Assembly (NCBI GenBank): GCA_964016885.1
Contig: OZ024746.1
Coordinates: 67,642,001-67,706,000, forward strand
Source of the DNA: Eledone cirrhosa
Taxonomy: Eukaryota
Direction: 5' to 3'
DNA: 64,000 nt
The first letter of the stretch is position 1. Each line of letters begins with the position of its first letter. The notes under the pieces were generated by a model. It saw only the letters and a list, made by a program, of their open reading frames with translations. It was not told the DNA's origin and ran no database searches. The position numbers were made by a program, and so were the translations under genes. Of the stretch, positions 26,295 through 39,511 are shown piece by piece.

Positions 26295-26691
26295 TCTAAA
26301 CTATAATAAAGTAAGGAGCGCGCGACTGCGTACGGTTTATAATGTTTTATCCCCTTAGCAAAATAAGTTGGCTTACTTTGAATAAATAATGAATGAATAT
26401 TACATAATTTATCTACTAAATTCCGTGGCTGTTCATTAAATATATTTTATTACTTATTTAAAGATTCACTCCTTTAAAATTTCTGAATGTCAACACTTCC
26501 GGTCAGCGATCGTTTAAATAAATATTCATATATTTCTGTCACTAATTTTCTCCTAATGCAGTTTATATATATCGTCTTTTTTAATGTATCATGGATTACG
26601 TTACTGATTACATAAGACAGTGTAACACAGTCTTCGTTCAATTTTTGTGTATATTGTCAATTTCGATTACGAAGGGTGGTTTTTCTGCTAG
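26295..26691 (+). mobile_element. Non-autonomous Helitron
   Basis: Starts A|TCTAAACTATAATAAAG and ends TTTTCTGCTAG|T (TC...CTAG between A and T, no TSD). Second copy at 63016-63498. Confidence 0.8.
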
Positions 26692-27947
26692 TATGTAATA
26701 AAACCAAAACCATACCCTCGCATTTAGTTTGGGCTCACGTTGGGTACATTTGTGCCTCACTGAGAAGACAAAATCCTAAGATCGAACGTGGTCCGGCGTT
26801 GTCACCATTCTACCAATATCTCTCTCAATCTTGAATACTTTGCCCACATTCAATGTTTGACTTTGTAAATAAAACATTTGGATTATCTCCTTTGCCTTTC
26901 TTGACCAGAGTTAGTCATTAAGCAACTGAAGTTTTTTTTTTATTTCTAGTAAAAAATTTTATTTAACATTTCTTGCTTCAGTATATTAAGTATGTTATCA
27001 CCTGCCTTACCATATAAAATGAACAGTTTAACCATCACCTTTTCCATTTAGTCACGAAACACGAACTATTTGCTATTGTTTATACCCTGATTGATCATAC
27101 TTAATCAAGTAGATCAAAGCCATTTCATATGTTATCAGCCTGTTTTGTTCTTTTTTTGCCGTTTCTACTCTGTATTGTTTCAGATATGTTCCTATGATTA
27201 TATTATCCAATGTGAACGTTCTCTTTTAAGAGCATACTATATGATTAATGAAAATATGGCTGTTATGTCTAGAAGGTCATGAGACTGTGTAGAAGCATTA
27301 CGTTTAGTTTGTATTTCTACACCACCACAAATTACAAAATACTGCCCCAGAGAATTATGGCTAATCCTCACTCAAATAATACCATAGTCTTAGATAAAGA
27401 AGGATTCGGTAGATTAGGCAAATCCCTGGTATACAAAATAACGGGATTGTCACAGCAAGAGTGTCTTTTGGTCCTAAGTTTGCTCAATCACAACTAACAT
27501 GGTGACAAAGAAAAAGAATAAGACACTAATAAAACTTCCCGGTCGAAATCAAGGGTCTGCCTTCGCTACACTGTCATTTTCTCATGAACTGTTGAAAAGT
27601 CAAGAATGTTCAGCGGAGAGCTCTTTGGTTAGAGTGGGCAAATAAGGGCCGTTTTCCGGTGGATAATTGACATATAAAGTAATGTAAGGTCTCTCAGATA
27701 TTTCTACTCATGTCCTCTAATTTTCATATTCTTTGTAGTTTGATCCCATCCTCTCCACGATTAACAATTTGTCTGGAATGTCTCCTTGAAATTCATTCAT
27801 ATGTTTTATTAAACTATTTCTAGACATGGTATGATATGGTATAACACTTTATGGTATATTATGATGTTAAATTATATTGTAGTATCAGTGTTTCTAAATA
27901 TAAACAATAAACACTGAACCTTCTGTCCACAAAGAGATATCTAACCT

Positions 27948-28308
27948 ATCTTTGAGTTTGTCCATTTCCCTGCGTGTTTCGTACAGCAACATTCGGTTTC
28001 TCAATGTGTCTTTCTCGTGCAGCACTACTTTCCAGGGTTCCACATTTGGCAGTTGTATAGATAAAACCCTAATATACACAGATGAGATGTGGTTCACTAC
28101 AAATAATGTAGAAGAAGGCAAGTGTATTTTGGAGGGAACTCCAACTTATATAAACATAAAGCATCAGAACGAAAGAATTCTGAAACGAACGCCATCTCTA
28201 TCGACGTCAAATGTGGAACCTTGGAAAGTAGTGCTGCACGAGAAAGACACATTGAGAAACCGAATGTTCCTCTACGAAACACGCAGGGAAATGGACAAAC
28301 TCAAAGAT
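27948..28308. repeat. 101-bp inverted repeat (27948-28048 / 28208-28308) near the truncated end of a LINE
   Basis: atctttgagtttgtccatttccctgcgtg...ccacatttg versus caaatgtgg...cacgcagggaaatggacaaactcaaagat. Confidence 0.9.
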
Positions 28309-28384
28309 TGGGGAAAAATTGAACTAAACCCCATAATGTGGCTAACAATTTGGCAGAAATACATTAACAAGCTGAGCTCCGAGA

Positions 28385-31275
28385 GGTAGCCGTCACCTTG
28401 ACACTTGAGCAGATGTTGCTGTTGTACATTGCAGCAATCCAGCCCCTGAACACGGGTCCGAAGCCTGCCGCCTCGAGCACTGCATCCAGGTCACGATGGT
28501 CAACCCTATCGAAAACCTTAGACTGATCCAAGTTGATCAGGGCCCCACCGAAGCTGGGTTTACACCCTACCCTCTCTATGATGTATCGCATGAGGTGGAG
28601 GTTGTCGTGTATGGACCTGGTCAGGATTGTGCATGTCTGCGATTCTCCCACCAGGTTCTCGACGACAAGCGCCAGCCTCTTTGCCAACACCTTGGCCAAA
28701 ATCTGTAAGTCTGTGTTTAGCAGAGTTATGGGCCGGAAGTTGCCTATGTCATCCCCCTTATTCTCGTCCTTCCTGACTAGTGTGACTACGCCCCCGGTCA
28801 CAGAACTGGGACTTCTCCGGTTCTGTTGCGAGTTGCAGTAGACCGCTTCCAGGAGACCGGAGAATAAGTCCGGCATTGCTACGTAAAATTCGTAGGGTAG
28901 ACCGAAGAGACCTGGAGATTTGCCTTTGCCGCATTGGCTCAGCGCGTCCCCTATCTCAGCGGCCGAAATTGGCTTTTCGCAGAACTTTGCCTCGCTGTCC
29001 GAGAGTCACGGTAGGCCGTCGAGGTATGGACCGAAATCCATTGCCCCTCCCGGCGCGCCGCCCTGCCCGAACAGTTGAGCAAAGTGCCGCTGAAAGGCCG
29101 CACAATCTGCTTCGGCTCACGTATCACGCGTCCGTTTTGGTCCTTCAAAGACCGAATCGTGGACTTGTTGCCACTTTTTGCCTCCGTTACTCGGGCCCAG
29201 CTAACAGCTTTGGCTCCCTCGTTTCCCAGAGCACGTATTTTGCTTCTGAGAACGTAGCCCTCGTTCTTTGCGTCGAAGAACTGGTCCAAGGCCGTTCTCG
29301 TTGCTAGCACGCTGGCTACGTTGCCACTTCTAATTGCCTCTTCTACTTTATCTACCAGTTCCTTCTCGGTTCTATTTCTATCTAACGCTAATTCTTTACT
29401 AAAAACTAACGAGTCTAATCTAACTGCGCTCTTGAGATAGTACCACCTTCTGTTGTTGACAATGGCCCCTGTGAAGTGCTGTTTAACTCAAGTGCTAATC
29501 CGTCTAGTGTAGGCTTTGCATGTCGGTAACGACAAGTTCAGCTTCCAGTAGCCGGGTCCTTGTCTATGGGTTCTATCAAGGTTGACCATGCAGGTCACTA
29601 GTTTGTGATCTGAATAGGCAACTATGAACATTTGTGGACAGCTTAACATGTCCCTATCCTTATTTCTAACTAGAACTCTATCTAGGTACGATCTAGATGT
29701 TCCGTTGCGATTAGTCCACGTCCACAGTGGCACAGTCGGAAAAATCTAGTTGATATCTATCGGCCAGGTCAAATCGGCCGATTAACTGTTTGAGGCTGTT
29801 ACGCCCCCTTTATCGGGACATGCTCCCACATAGTCCCAACGTGCATCTAGGATTCCATTCCAGTCTCCCACTAAAAGCAAGGAGCGGGACGTTCCCAGAA
29901 AAGTCTCTAGACGTTTGAAGAAGTCTGGCCGCGGTGTCCCGGATGGGGCATATGCGGCCACCAGCCTGAAGGCTCCACCTTCACTACCGTCAACGTCTAG
30001 GACCACCAGTCGACCCTCCGGGTCCAGATGTACCGTCTGTGTTACGAGGCCCAGGTGTTTCCGCAGCAAAACGGCAAGCCCGCACCCACCCCCCGGCCGA
30101 CAGAGAGATTCGTAGATCTCAAAGTCATCGAAGATGGGGGCCAGCTGTCGCTCGCTGTGGATCCTGGACTCGCAAATGGCTACTACATCCATACTGTGCG
30201 ACCTGAGGTCGTTTAAGAGTTTGCTCTGTTTCCAGGGCATCCCCAGGCGGCGTACATTCACACATCCAACTCTTATATTGGCCATGTTGGTTCTGAAAAG
30301 TTAAAAGAAGAGGAGAAGAAAACACTTCTTCGTCTCCCGGGGACCAGGCCGCACGGTTTCCATGGAGGTGTTAGAGGGGTTGTCTGGGTGGGTGGTGGTT
30401 TCCGGCGGGGTGGGGACGGAGGTGTTTGGTGGGGTGGGGGTGTCTGGGGTGAGGGTGGGGAAACCTTTTAAAAGGACGCGGTTAATGGGTTTAACACAAG
30501 GATTACCCATGTCCTTAGGAAAGTTTTCCTTTAAAGACTTATAGGTGTCCGTAGGGACCCTAATCATCTTTAAATTAGGTTTGTCTACACAGTTCGAAAA
30601 GGTTTTCCTTTCGGTTTTCACCGAAGGGTCGTTGGAGATGACCTCCATTAAAGTTTTCTTTTTACTGTTTATATATGTGTAATGTTCTTGTTGTGTTGCG
30701 GCGGTTTTTGTCTGTTGTTCTTGTGGGAGCTTTCGTTTTGTTGTAGGTGTTTGTGTTTGGAGTGATGTCGTGGTTATGTTTTCGGGACGGGGGGTTTTTC
30801 TTTGTAATGTTTGTGTTATTTGTGTTGGTGGTTCTATGTTTGTAGTAATGTTTGTTGTTGTTTTTTTGTTCTTCTGGTGTCTTTTCTTCTTTCCTTTCGA
30901 ACGGAGAGGCTCTCCCTCATCGTCACTTGGTGATGATGTGGGGGCCTCGTCCGTTGTGGTGTCTGTGTTATTTGGAAGGGGTATGTTTTTGGGAGCTGTT
31001 GTGTTTGTGGGTGCTTTTGCAGTGGTTTTAGGTGGTGTGGGATTGGGTGGGACTGTGCTTGCAGGTTGGTTTGTTGTTCTTGTTTTGGTTGTGTTTGCGT
31101 GTTGTTGTTGTTGTTGTGGTGGTGGTGGTGGTGGTGGTGGTGGTGGTGGTGGTTGTGTTGTTGTTTTGGGTGTTGGCAGTAGTGCCTCTTTTTTTTGTAG
31201 TTAACTGAGGACAGTAAGCCTTCAGGTTACCACTGCTTAACAGTGGTAACATGAAGGCCGCCTACTCTCAACAGA
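28385..31275 (-). mobile_element. Tx1/L1-clade LINE, degenerate and truncated at both ends (ORF1 zinc knuckle, APE endonuclease, N-terminal RT)
   Basis: RRPSCYHC..GNLKAYCP knuckle; ORF2 MANIRVGCVNVR..CES..GDWN; SYLDRV..YSDHKLV..GPGYWKLN; NFRPITLLNTD..LDQSKVFDRVDH. Many stops and frameshifts. Confidence 0.93.
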
Positions 31276-31286
31276 AATGTTTATAA

Positions 31287-31362
<76 letters not shown>

Positions 31363-31530
31363 CAAAGGTGTTCTAGCTGTCGAAACGGCCGGAGCTCAGC
31401 CGTTGAAGTCCTGGCTCTTTTCCTATTACCCACTCTACTACCCTACGTATCGAGTACTCTGGTTTCTTACCAGTTCAGATCTAGCTGTTGAAACGGCCGG
31501 AGTTCAGCCGTTGGGGTCCTGACTCTTTTC

Positions 31531-31591
<61 letters not shown>

Positions 31592-31592
31592 C
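31287..31592. repeat. (GATA)n tracts flanking two tandem partial family-F hammerhead-associated units (31361-31531)
   Basis: ctagctgt(c/t)gaaacggccggag(c/t)tcagccgttg..gtcctg.ctcttttc occurs twice between GATA arrays. Confidence 0.85.
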
Positions 31593-32619
31593 AATGAGTA
31601 AGAAAGAGAGGGGTTATAAAGATGAGAGATTCCGAATAGCGGAGAGGCAAAGAGAAAGAATTAACAACTAGAAATGGAGACAATGCTATACCCCACCCCT
31701 AGAATAATTGCAAACGTTTTCTTTTAAAGAACATATTTGTTGGCCAAGAAAGAAAATGTGAGACTAACTCACTCGGAATTCTCTTGTTTTTCTTTTAGCT
31801 TTCTTTTATTTATTGTTCTGTTTTTTGTTGTTTTTTTTTATATTTTTTTTCGTAAAATCTATGGAGTGTATGTGGATTATGTTTTATAGTCTAGTCTAAA
31901 TAACAACAGAAATTGAAACAGCCATGATATCATTTCGTTTGCAAAACACATTTTAAAACATTATTCTAATGGTCATATACAGAGAGCAAAAGAACGAAAA
32001 AATATATATATAAATGTATGAACAAAAATAAATCTCTCGCTATATTGAAACGAACGAAAGAAGATGATAGAAAAAATGTAATACAGAAAACAAATGTCTA
32101 GAAATAAAAAATAATTTCATTTGTACATCAAACAGACGCCGGTGAACCTTGCGGTTTACTTATTTATATATTTATCTACTGTCTTACATATTTATTTATC
32201 TATTTATTTATTTATTCATTTATTATGTCTTATTCTTTACATTTTCTACATTGATTTCAGTCAATTCTATACATGAGAAAAAACGAAATTGATAGTGCTT
32301 CTTTTTCGAATTTACTTTTACTTTTTTTTTTATTATTTTGACTTCTTTCGCTTTTATTCTACTCATACTTGTTCTGTATTTTCCTTTAGAAAATACACTT
32401 ATATTTTAGGATACCATGGTATGGTAAAGTATAATACTTTATGGTATGTTATGATATGTTATGTTATTGAATGGTAATGCAATATCAGTGTTTCTAAATA
32501 TGAGCAATAGTGAATTATATCTATTACGCTATCGTAGTTTGATTTCGATATATTAACATAGATGTCTGAAGGCGTTCAATGCTTTTATATTGTTTACAGG
32601 TTATATTTAGTGTTGTTTA

Positions 32620-32820
32620 ACACCAGTTCACCTCTGATCAAACAGACGTTATTAATGTCGTTCTAGCCGTAAGCATTCTGTCTTCTAGTTTACGGATTTA
32701 CAGTGTCTATGTCTACAGCATGCTTTTTATCAAATTGTAAAAGTGCTACGGCTATAAGAACATTTGGCTACTATTTCTAGCAGATCGAATGTCTACGTAT
32801 GTAGAATCCCTCTCTTCTGT
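32620..32820 (+). repeat. Unclassified dispersed repeat (other degenerate copies at about 22590, 27100, 35040, 53130-53710 and 53720-54265)
   Basis: Recurrent motifs gatcaa.cagac, (a/g)tttggct.ctatttctagcag.tcga and tagagg.tccctc. Confidence 0.55.
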
Positions 32821-33729
32821 TAAACTTTTTCTTAAAATGACATAGAGGGGAAAATAAAATACCTGATCAATAAATTGGATGGTCGCGGCGCCTGAGATTT
32901 TGCGATTCAAAAATATTTTTTATATTAAAAGTTAATAAAATAGGAAAAATGATTTTCATACGTTTTAAAGGCTCATTAGCAAATAAAATGAAATGATTTC
33001 AAAGGAAATTTAAAACTATGTTGCATAGATTCTTTTGTAATGTATTCATCATCATTACATTCCATAATTATTTCGTTCACAACGAGAAGAATTCAATAAT
33101 TCCTTTAAAACTAATACACGCTGTTCGTTAAATCTTACGTAACAGCTCTATATCTCAATTGTGTTTTCTGTCTGCCGCCAATTAATAAATTTTAACAACT
33201 GTAACTACAAAATTTAGTCATCAGGGCTTCCGTGACAAGTGATCAGAATGGTGGAAGGTAGTCTGAAACCAAGGACATCGTTCAGATGCTTGCAACAGAA
33301 TGGTCCGCTGCTAAAGACACACAAAGACAGTGGTGGTGATGGGGGTAGGGGGTATTTGTGGTGGTGGTGTTTAATAAAGGAAAAGAAACTTAAATTTTAG
33401 TTGTCTCTGTTGATCAAGACATAATTGCACAACAAACTGAAAACGTAAAGAATCTTCAATTTCATTTTAAACGAAATTCACTTCATGTCCACTGCTAATG
33501 CTCTCGCGAAAGCCGCTGATCCATATAATATAGGGTTTTCTAAGGGTGGAGAATTCGAAAATGACTCGGGCAGAACATTACGTTGCAGAACGGTGAAATG
33601 CTTACAGGTGTTTTGTGAATGAGGGGGAAATGTCGCGTGTTGGTGGAGCGAGAAAAAGATAAAGAAATTCCAACAGATTTGAAAAGCGTTGATGGTATAT
33701 GTGACACAATAATAACAGACATTATATAT

Positions 33730-33890
33730 TGGTTGGCAGTATCGATAGAGGCTCGGACACCATGCTTTGCGGTCTGAGTTCAAATCCCGCCGAGGTTAAC
33801 TTTGCCTTTCATCCTTACGGGGTCGATAAAATAAAGTACCAGTAATGCACTGGGGTAATTGCTGGCCTTGTGCCAAAAGTATAAACAATT
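33730..33890 (+). mobile_element. SINE family A copy with ATTATATAT target-site duplication
   Basis: TGGCAGTATCG, GAGTTCAAATCC, body motif; attatatat at 33721 and about 33888. Confidence 0.88.
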
Positions 33891-35634
33891 ATATATATAT
33901 ATATTAAAACTTAAGCCAAGATCTCTTTTGGGGGAGATAAAGGCTAGACCAACTAAAATAAGTGAGTTTTACTTATAGAGTTCCCCAACTATGATTTATG
34001 GAATTCAAAATCCATTAACCATTCCAGGACATTGGAATAACCAATATTGGAAGAATTACAATTTCATCATCGTGAAGAGAATTGGCTTATGTCCCCCAAA
34101 ATGGAGATTTAGGGTTATGTTTTGATATGTTTTATCACTTCTCTGGGTAGATAATATATTAATATATCTTCTCCTTTCACTGAGATGTATAAGTATTAGA
34201 GACATTTACCTTTATAAATTGATGTGTGTGTTATAATTAATATAACTGTCAATTTAGCATATCTAAAATTCATTATGGATCCTTTCTTGAATAAATTTCA
34301 CTTACACTACATCACTCGGCTGTTTCCGAAGAACGTTATGATCGTTATACAACTATCCGTATCACCCCCGCCCACCTTTCTGAAAATCTAAATTTCGAAA
34401 CCCAAGTTCTTGTCAAAAGAAATCAGTATCATTATATTCTTCTCTTCAGTAGATTCTAGTGAGAAGTTTAAGATGTTAAATTAGCACTGTGTGTACTAAC
34501 CGAACTGGAGATGTGTAATGATATGTAGAGGAAGGCAACGTAAAGGAAAAACAATATTCAATTGCATTAAACGGTATGTGAGTAAAGAAAGGAAAATGCG
34601 ATTTCAACTAATCAAAAGATAAAAGAAAATGTAATATATAACAGCACATTTCGGCAAATGATATAATGTTAAATGAAAGACATAAAATTACATTTTTCAC
34701 AGATTATATAGGCTTTTTACAATTTCATATAATTTCATTTATTTTTACAATTGTTTCATTTATTTCCTACAGCCTCTAAAATCATGTATAGATAGTAAAT
34801 CTGCAGACAGAAATATTCGTTCATTAATCTGGCAAAAAGGAAATAAAAATTGAAACTTGCATACAAGGAAGAAAATACTAAGAATTAATTAAACAACTGG
34901 TGTATCATAGACGTATAAATAAAAGAACATGACGTCAATTTATTGATGAAATTTATTTGCTACTATGTGAATACAGCGCTGTTAGCCAAGTGTTTAAAGT
35001 GCCCGCTATCTTTGAGGTTGGCATTCCATAAGCGTTAACTGCTTTTGTTGTTTATCTCCAGGTCAGATCCAACAGATTTATAATTCCTGTCATTTTTTTT
35101 TAAAGACATATTCTACTTAGAAGTGCATTATTTACGACAGTATGGTATTGTTTAACGAACATTTGACCTCTATTTTTCTTGTAGGTCGAACGAAAACGTA
35201 ATAGTCAACGAAGGAGACGGTATTTTCTTTGTGTTTGTAGAAAGAATTAACATGTAATTGCCAACAGCCACGTCCACCTTGCGCCAAATGAGTAACGGAG
35301 TGATGTATAGTCTAAGACTTTGGGTGACGGTAGTCCTGTATCATTTTCAAGCGTTTCGTTAGATTGCTGGTTCAAATACAAATGCTCCTGTGAGTGTGGG
35401 GATGAGTAATCATTCCCATGTATTTCTATTCCGAGTTTCCACATTACTCTCTCATCTGTCTTCCTTCAACTGTTTGGGAAATACATCTAAGAAGTACATT
35501 ATTATAATCATTCGTAAATCCTCAAAATGTTGAATAAGACCGACTTCGTTTACTTAACTGCTTGGGATAGAACCTCCGTCCGTTTTGACAACAAGCATTC
35601 GATTCTTCCTTCAGTTGGATGTCATTCTAGTTGG

Positions 35635-36145
35635 ATTTGAGATGTGAGAAGCTGCGACACGTTCTCGGCTTCCAGCCTAGTCGCTTCAGTCACAAGTCCT
35701 AAAACCGCGACCCGAAATGCAAGGGACATGAAAAGAAGCAAATACCGGGGCTTGTCCGGCTACTTCCTCTTTGTACCAGTCGCTGTCAAGACCGCAGGCA
35801 TCCTCGGACCCCGTACAGCTGACGTCCTCTGTAAAATCTGAATGAGGCTAGTCCGATAGTGAGTCATTGTTGCAACGAGTGTCGCTGGCCATAGTCCGCG
35901 GCAATGCGTTTGCCATTTGGTCCCCGGGACGTACCCGAAACACCACTCAGACTTAGGCGTAGAGTATGTTAACCTCTTCCTTTCCCCCTTTCATTCACTG
36001 CTTAACAATCCTTGCCCTTTCCCTCCTTTTTCTCTTTTTTGTTGTTTTAACTGCAGTTATATATCTGTAATGTCATTAATTTTATTGTCTTTCTATGTTA
36101 TTTAATTGTTAAAGCTTTGAATCGATAGTGAATAAAGCATGATTT
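35635..36145 (+). mobile_element. CRE-clade non-LTR retrotransposon 3' relic (restriction-like endonuclease + 3' UTR)
   Basis: DVRSCDTFSAS..KRSKYRGLSGYFLFVPVAVKTAGILGP..RL..LLQRVSLAIVRGNAFAI matches the CRE RLE motifs (KxxKY, FxPxAVETxG, QRxSxAIxRGNA); AATAAA at about 36131. Confidence 0.8.
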
Positions 36146-36683
36146 CATTTATTATATAAATAGGAACAGTCAAATTAATATGTACGTAGATGATGCATAC
36201 CTTTAAAGTAATTCTCAAGCTGAATCAAAGTGATACCATACGGAAAATGGCTGGACCTTTGAAACAAGTAAAATTCATTACAATTTCAATTTACCCAATT
36301 TCAATCCCAACACTCCCGTCTACCACTAACTATGATGACCGCGGATCTCATGATTGCGAAGCAAACGTCTTAACCACTACGCCATGCCGGTGTAATTTCT
36401 TTCAGAAATGCACGAATATCACAAATTCTCTTCCAACATAATAGACAAAATACATGTAAATATGAACAGTAAAATAGAAGTTATAGTATATTCAAATAAA
36501 TATTTTACGGTATTTACTTTATGTCGCTCTCCCTTATTTTATTTTATTTTATTTTATTCGTATATTTATTTGCTGTTTTTTCTTCTCACTTTGTCGCCGA
36601 AAACATAAGTGTCAGGAATACATGTAGGTCCATTCAACTTTCTGTATCACAACCGCTTTAAAATTTTATATTTTACAAAATTG

Positions 36684-36980
36684 TAATAATTGTTTCTACT
36701 TTTGGCACAAGGCCAGCAATTATCTCAGTGCATTACTGGTACTTTATTTTATCGACCCCGTAAGGATGAAAGGTAAAATTAACTTTATAATAATATATTT
36801 CTATTTTTGGCACAAGGCCAGCAATTATCCCAGTGCATTACTGGTACTTTATTTCATCGACCCCGTAAGGATGAAAGGCAAAGTTAACCTCGGCGGGAAT
36901 TGAACTCAGACCATAAAGGGCCGTAACTCTTTGCTGCAAAGCATGGCGTCCGACCATCTACCGATACTGCCAATCTACTG
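36684..36980 (-). mobile_element. Two tandem SINE family A copies
   Basis: Same body and tail motifs, head to tail. Confidence 0.88.
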
Positions 36981-38227
36981 AAGGATAACGGTTTCTTCGA
37001 GATTACGAAAATAAAATAAATTATTCAATTGTTTTTCTTTAAATAAACAACAAAAATACTAAAATATGTTTACACGCTTTCTCTTGGTGTATTTAAATCA
37101 AAGTATTTCATCTAACCATATAAATATTGTTAAAGAAAGCATTATGGTTCATTTTATTTTTGTTTGAACACGAAAATCCTAATGACGAAAAACCAGACAG
37201 AGGGGAAAAAATTTGACGCAAGATAGAAGCACAAGGACGACAATATTTTTATTTTTATTTATTATTTCTTTATTATTTTACTTTTTGTATTCTGATGTTG
37301 TTGTTTTTGTTGTTTTCCATTGATATCACAAAAGAAGGAATTTTATTAATCCCGAGAACAAATAGACTAGATTTCCGCTGGCTATAGAATATAGTTAATC
37401 TCATTAAACCACCGGGGAGTGGAACAAGTGAATAGTAATTACAAACTGTTGTTAGTGTCTCTTCGTCTGCTTTCTTGTATTTTCATATACAAATATATAT
37501 ATACACACAGCATCCTTCTGTAAATATCCTTTTTCTGTCTTTCTCTCTCTCTCTCTCTCTGTCTCACACACATACTTCAATATCTATCTATTGTTTGTGC
37601 CAAAAGTCAAAACAGAAGTGCCAATGCTCTTTGCAAATCGGTTTTTCTGTCCTATTATTTCCTTGGTAGAAGAAGAAGAAGAAGAAGAAGAAGAAGAAGA
37701 AGAAGAAGAAGAAGAAGAAGGAGAATGGGAGGAGGAGGATTATACTGGTAAACTAGACGACGCAATCCAATATGGCGTTGCATTCTGACAAAAAAGACGT
37801 CTTCTATGATTCAAATAAACAAAAGACAACCAAGATCATTGCTTAACCTGCTTATTTCTATTACATAATCAAATCACTGTCCTCGGTATGATATTACACT
37901 TTGACCAGTCTGTCTATTTTATAAATTCTCAGCTTTTGTTGTTTCTTTCTTTAGTTATTCAATTGTGTTATTTTATAAAACAAAATTCTGTATTGTTAAG
38001 TAACTTAGTTATAAACAGCAAAAACCCGAGAATAACAAACAATGTCCACACTGGAACAAGATGGTGAGGAAGAGCCATCGACATCCTCTACATCAGTCCC
38101 TCCACCAGATAAGGTTCCCTCTGCAGTTACGATGTCCCCATGACGATTTGGTGAAGACAAAGAGGAGTACAGGGTGCGATCACATCGGAGGCAGCACTCG
38201 CAACCGATGGGAAAATAGAATACCAGA

Positions 38228-38398
38228 CCAAGGCCAGCAATTACCCAGCGCATTACTGGTGCTTTATTTTATCGACCCCGTAAGGATGAAGGCAAAGTTA
38301 ACCTCGACGGGATTTGAACTCAGGTCATAAAAGGCCGTAACTCTATGCTGGAAAGCATGGCGTCCGACCCTCTACCGATACTGCCAATCCACCACCCT
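38228..38398 (-). mobile_element. SINE family A copy
   Basis: caaggccagcaattacccag...gatttgaactc...ccgatactgccaatccaccaccct. Confidence 0.88.
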
Positions 38399-39267
38399 AA
38401 TCACCGGGAAAATAATGACATTGTGATACTGGAGCCCACGGAGTGACAGTTATAACTCATCCTGAATATTTTTAGAATCGATATTATGGGCTTCAAACTA
38501 CACTTATTGTTATTGTCGATAACGAAATATAAACCATTGAACATTCAGTCGACAAAGGGATATTCTCCCGACTCAAGCTGTGAAGGATGCTTCTCCTCTC
38601 GACTTGTTTTCTTTTAGTTTAAATAAAAAACGTCAACACAAGACAAGACAACCCAAAAAACAAATGAAAAAGTATTGCCTTACAAGTGTTATGGAAGAAA
38701 GTAAATTGATGTTAGAAGAGCATATGTTTATGATTAAAAATTTTATGAATGAAAATAGAAACTAACAGCTACGACTAAGATAATTACAATAGTGACAATA
38801 ACCGTAGCAGGAGCCCGCGTGGAAAGATTAATATGTTAACGTGATCTCTTCAACTAAAGATTAAAAAAAATAATACTCGGAGGGTATTATGGAAGTGACA
38901 TAATTCATGATACAAAAGTATGTGTTTATGATGCTTCCATTTGTGTGTAAAAGATATTATACAATAACAACTTTAAAAAAAGAACAACAGCTACAGATGC
39001 AACAACAATAATAACAACCTAGACGGAATCAGCGTGGAAAGATTAATGTGCGAACTTTGACCTCTTCAATATTGTAGACATTTATCTCTGTAAACTATAT
39101 TCCTGCAGTCGTTAAAATTGATGAACTACATGATTGAAGACCTAAAATCTTAAAACAACTAGCTCCACATTAACGATTATTCAATTCTGGTAACGTCTAG
39201 AGGTGTCACTAAGTTTAGATAGTTTGAAGAGGGGAAAACATTTGCCGTTTTGAACTCAACTCATTCA

Positions 39268-39511
39268 TGCCCTGAATGAAAAAGTATATAATGCATTGAA
39301 TGGTATGAAGGGGAGGTAATCGCAGTGAAAGTGATTTAAGGAGTGGAGTTTAGAATGTAATGGACGAGATAATCGAAAGAGGTGGTTGCCCTGAATGAAA
39401 AAGTATATAATGCATTGAATGGTATGAAGGGGAGGAGGTAATCGCAGTGAAAGAGATTTAAGGAGTGGAGTTTAGAATGTAATGGACGAGATAATCGAAA
39501 GAGGTGGTTGC
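39268..39511. repeat. Near-perfect tandem duplication, 119-bp period
   Basis: tgccctgaatgaaaaagtatataatgc...gaaagaggtggttgc begins at 39268 and 39387. Confidence 0.95.
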
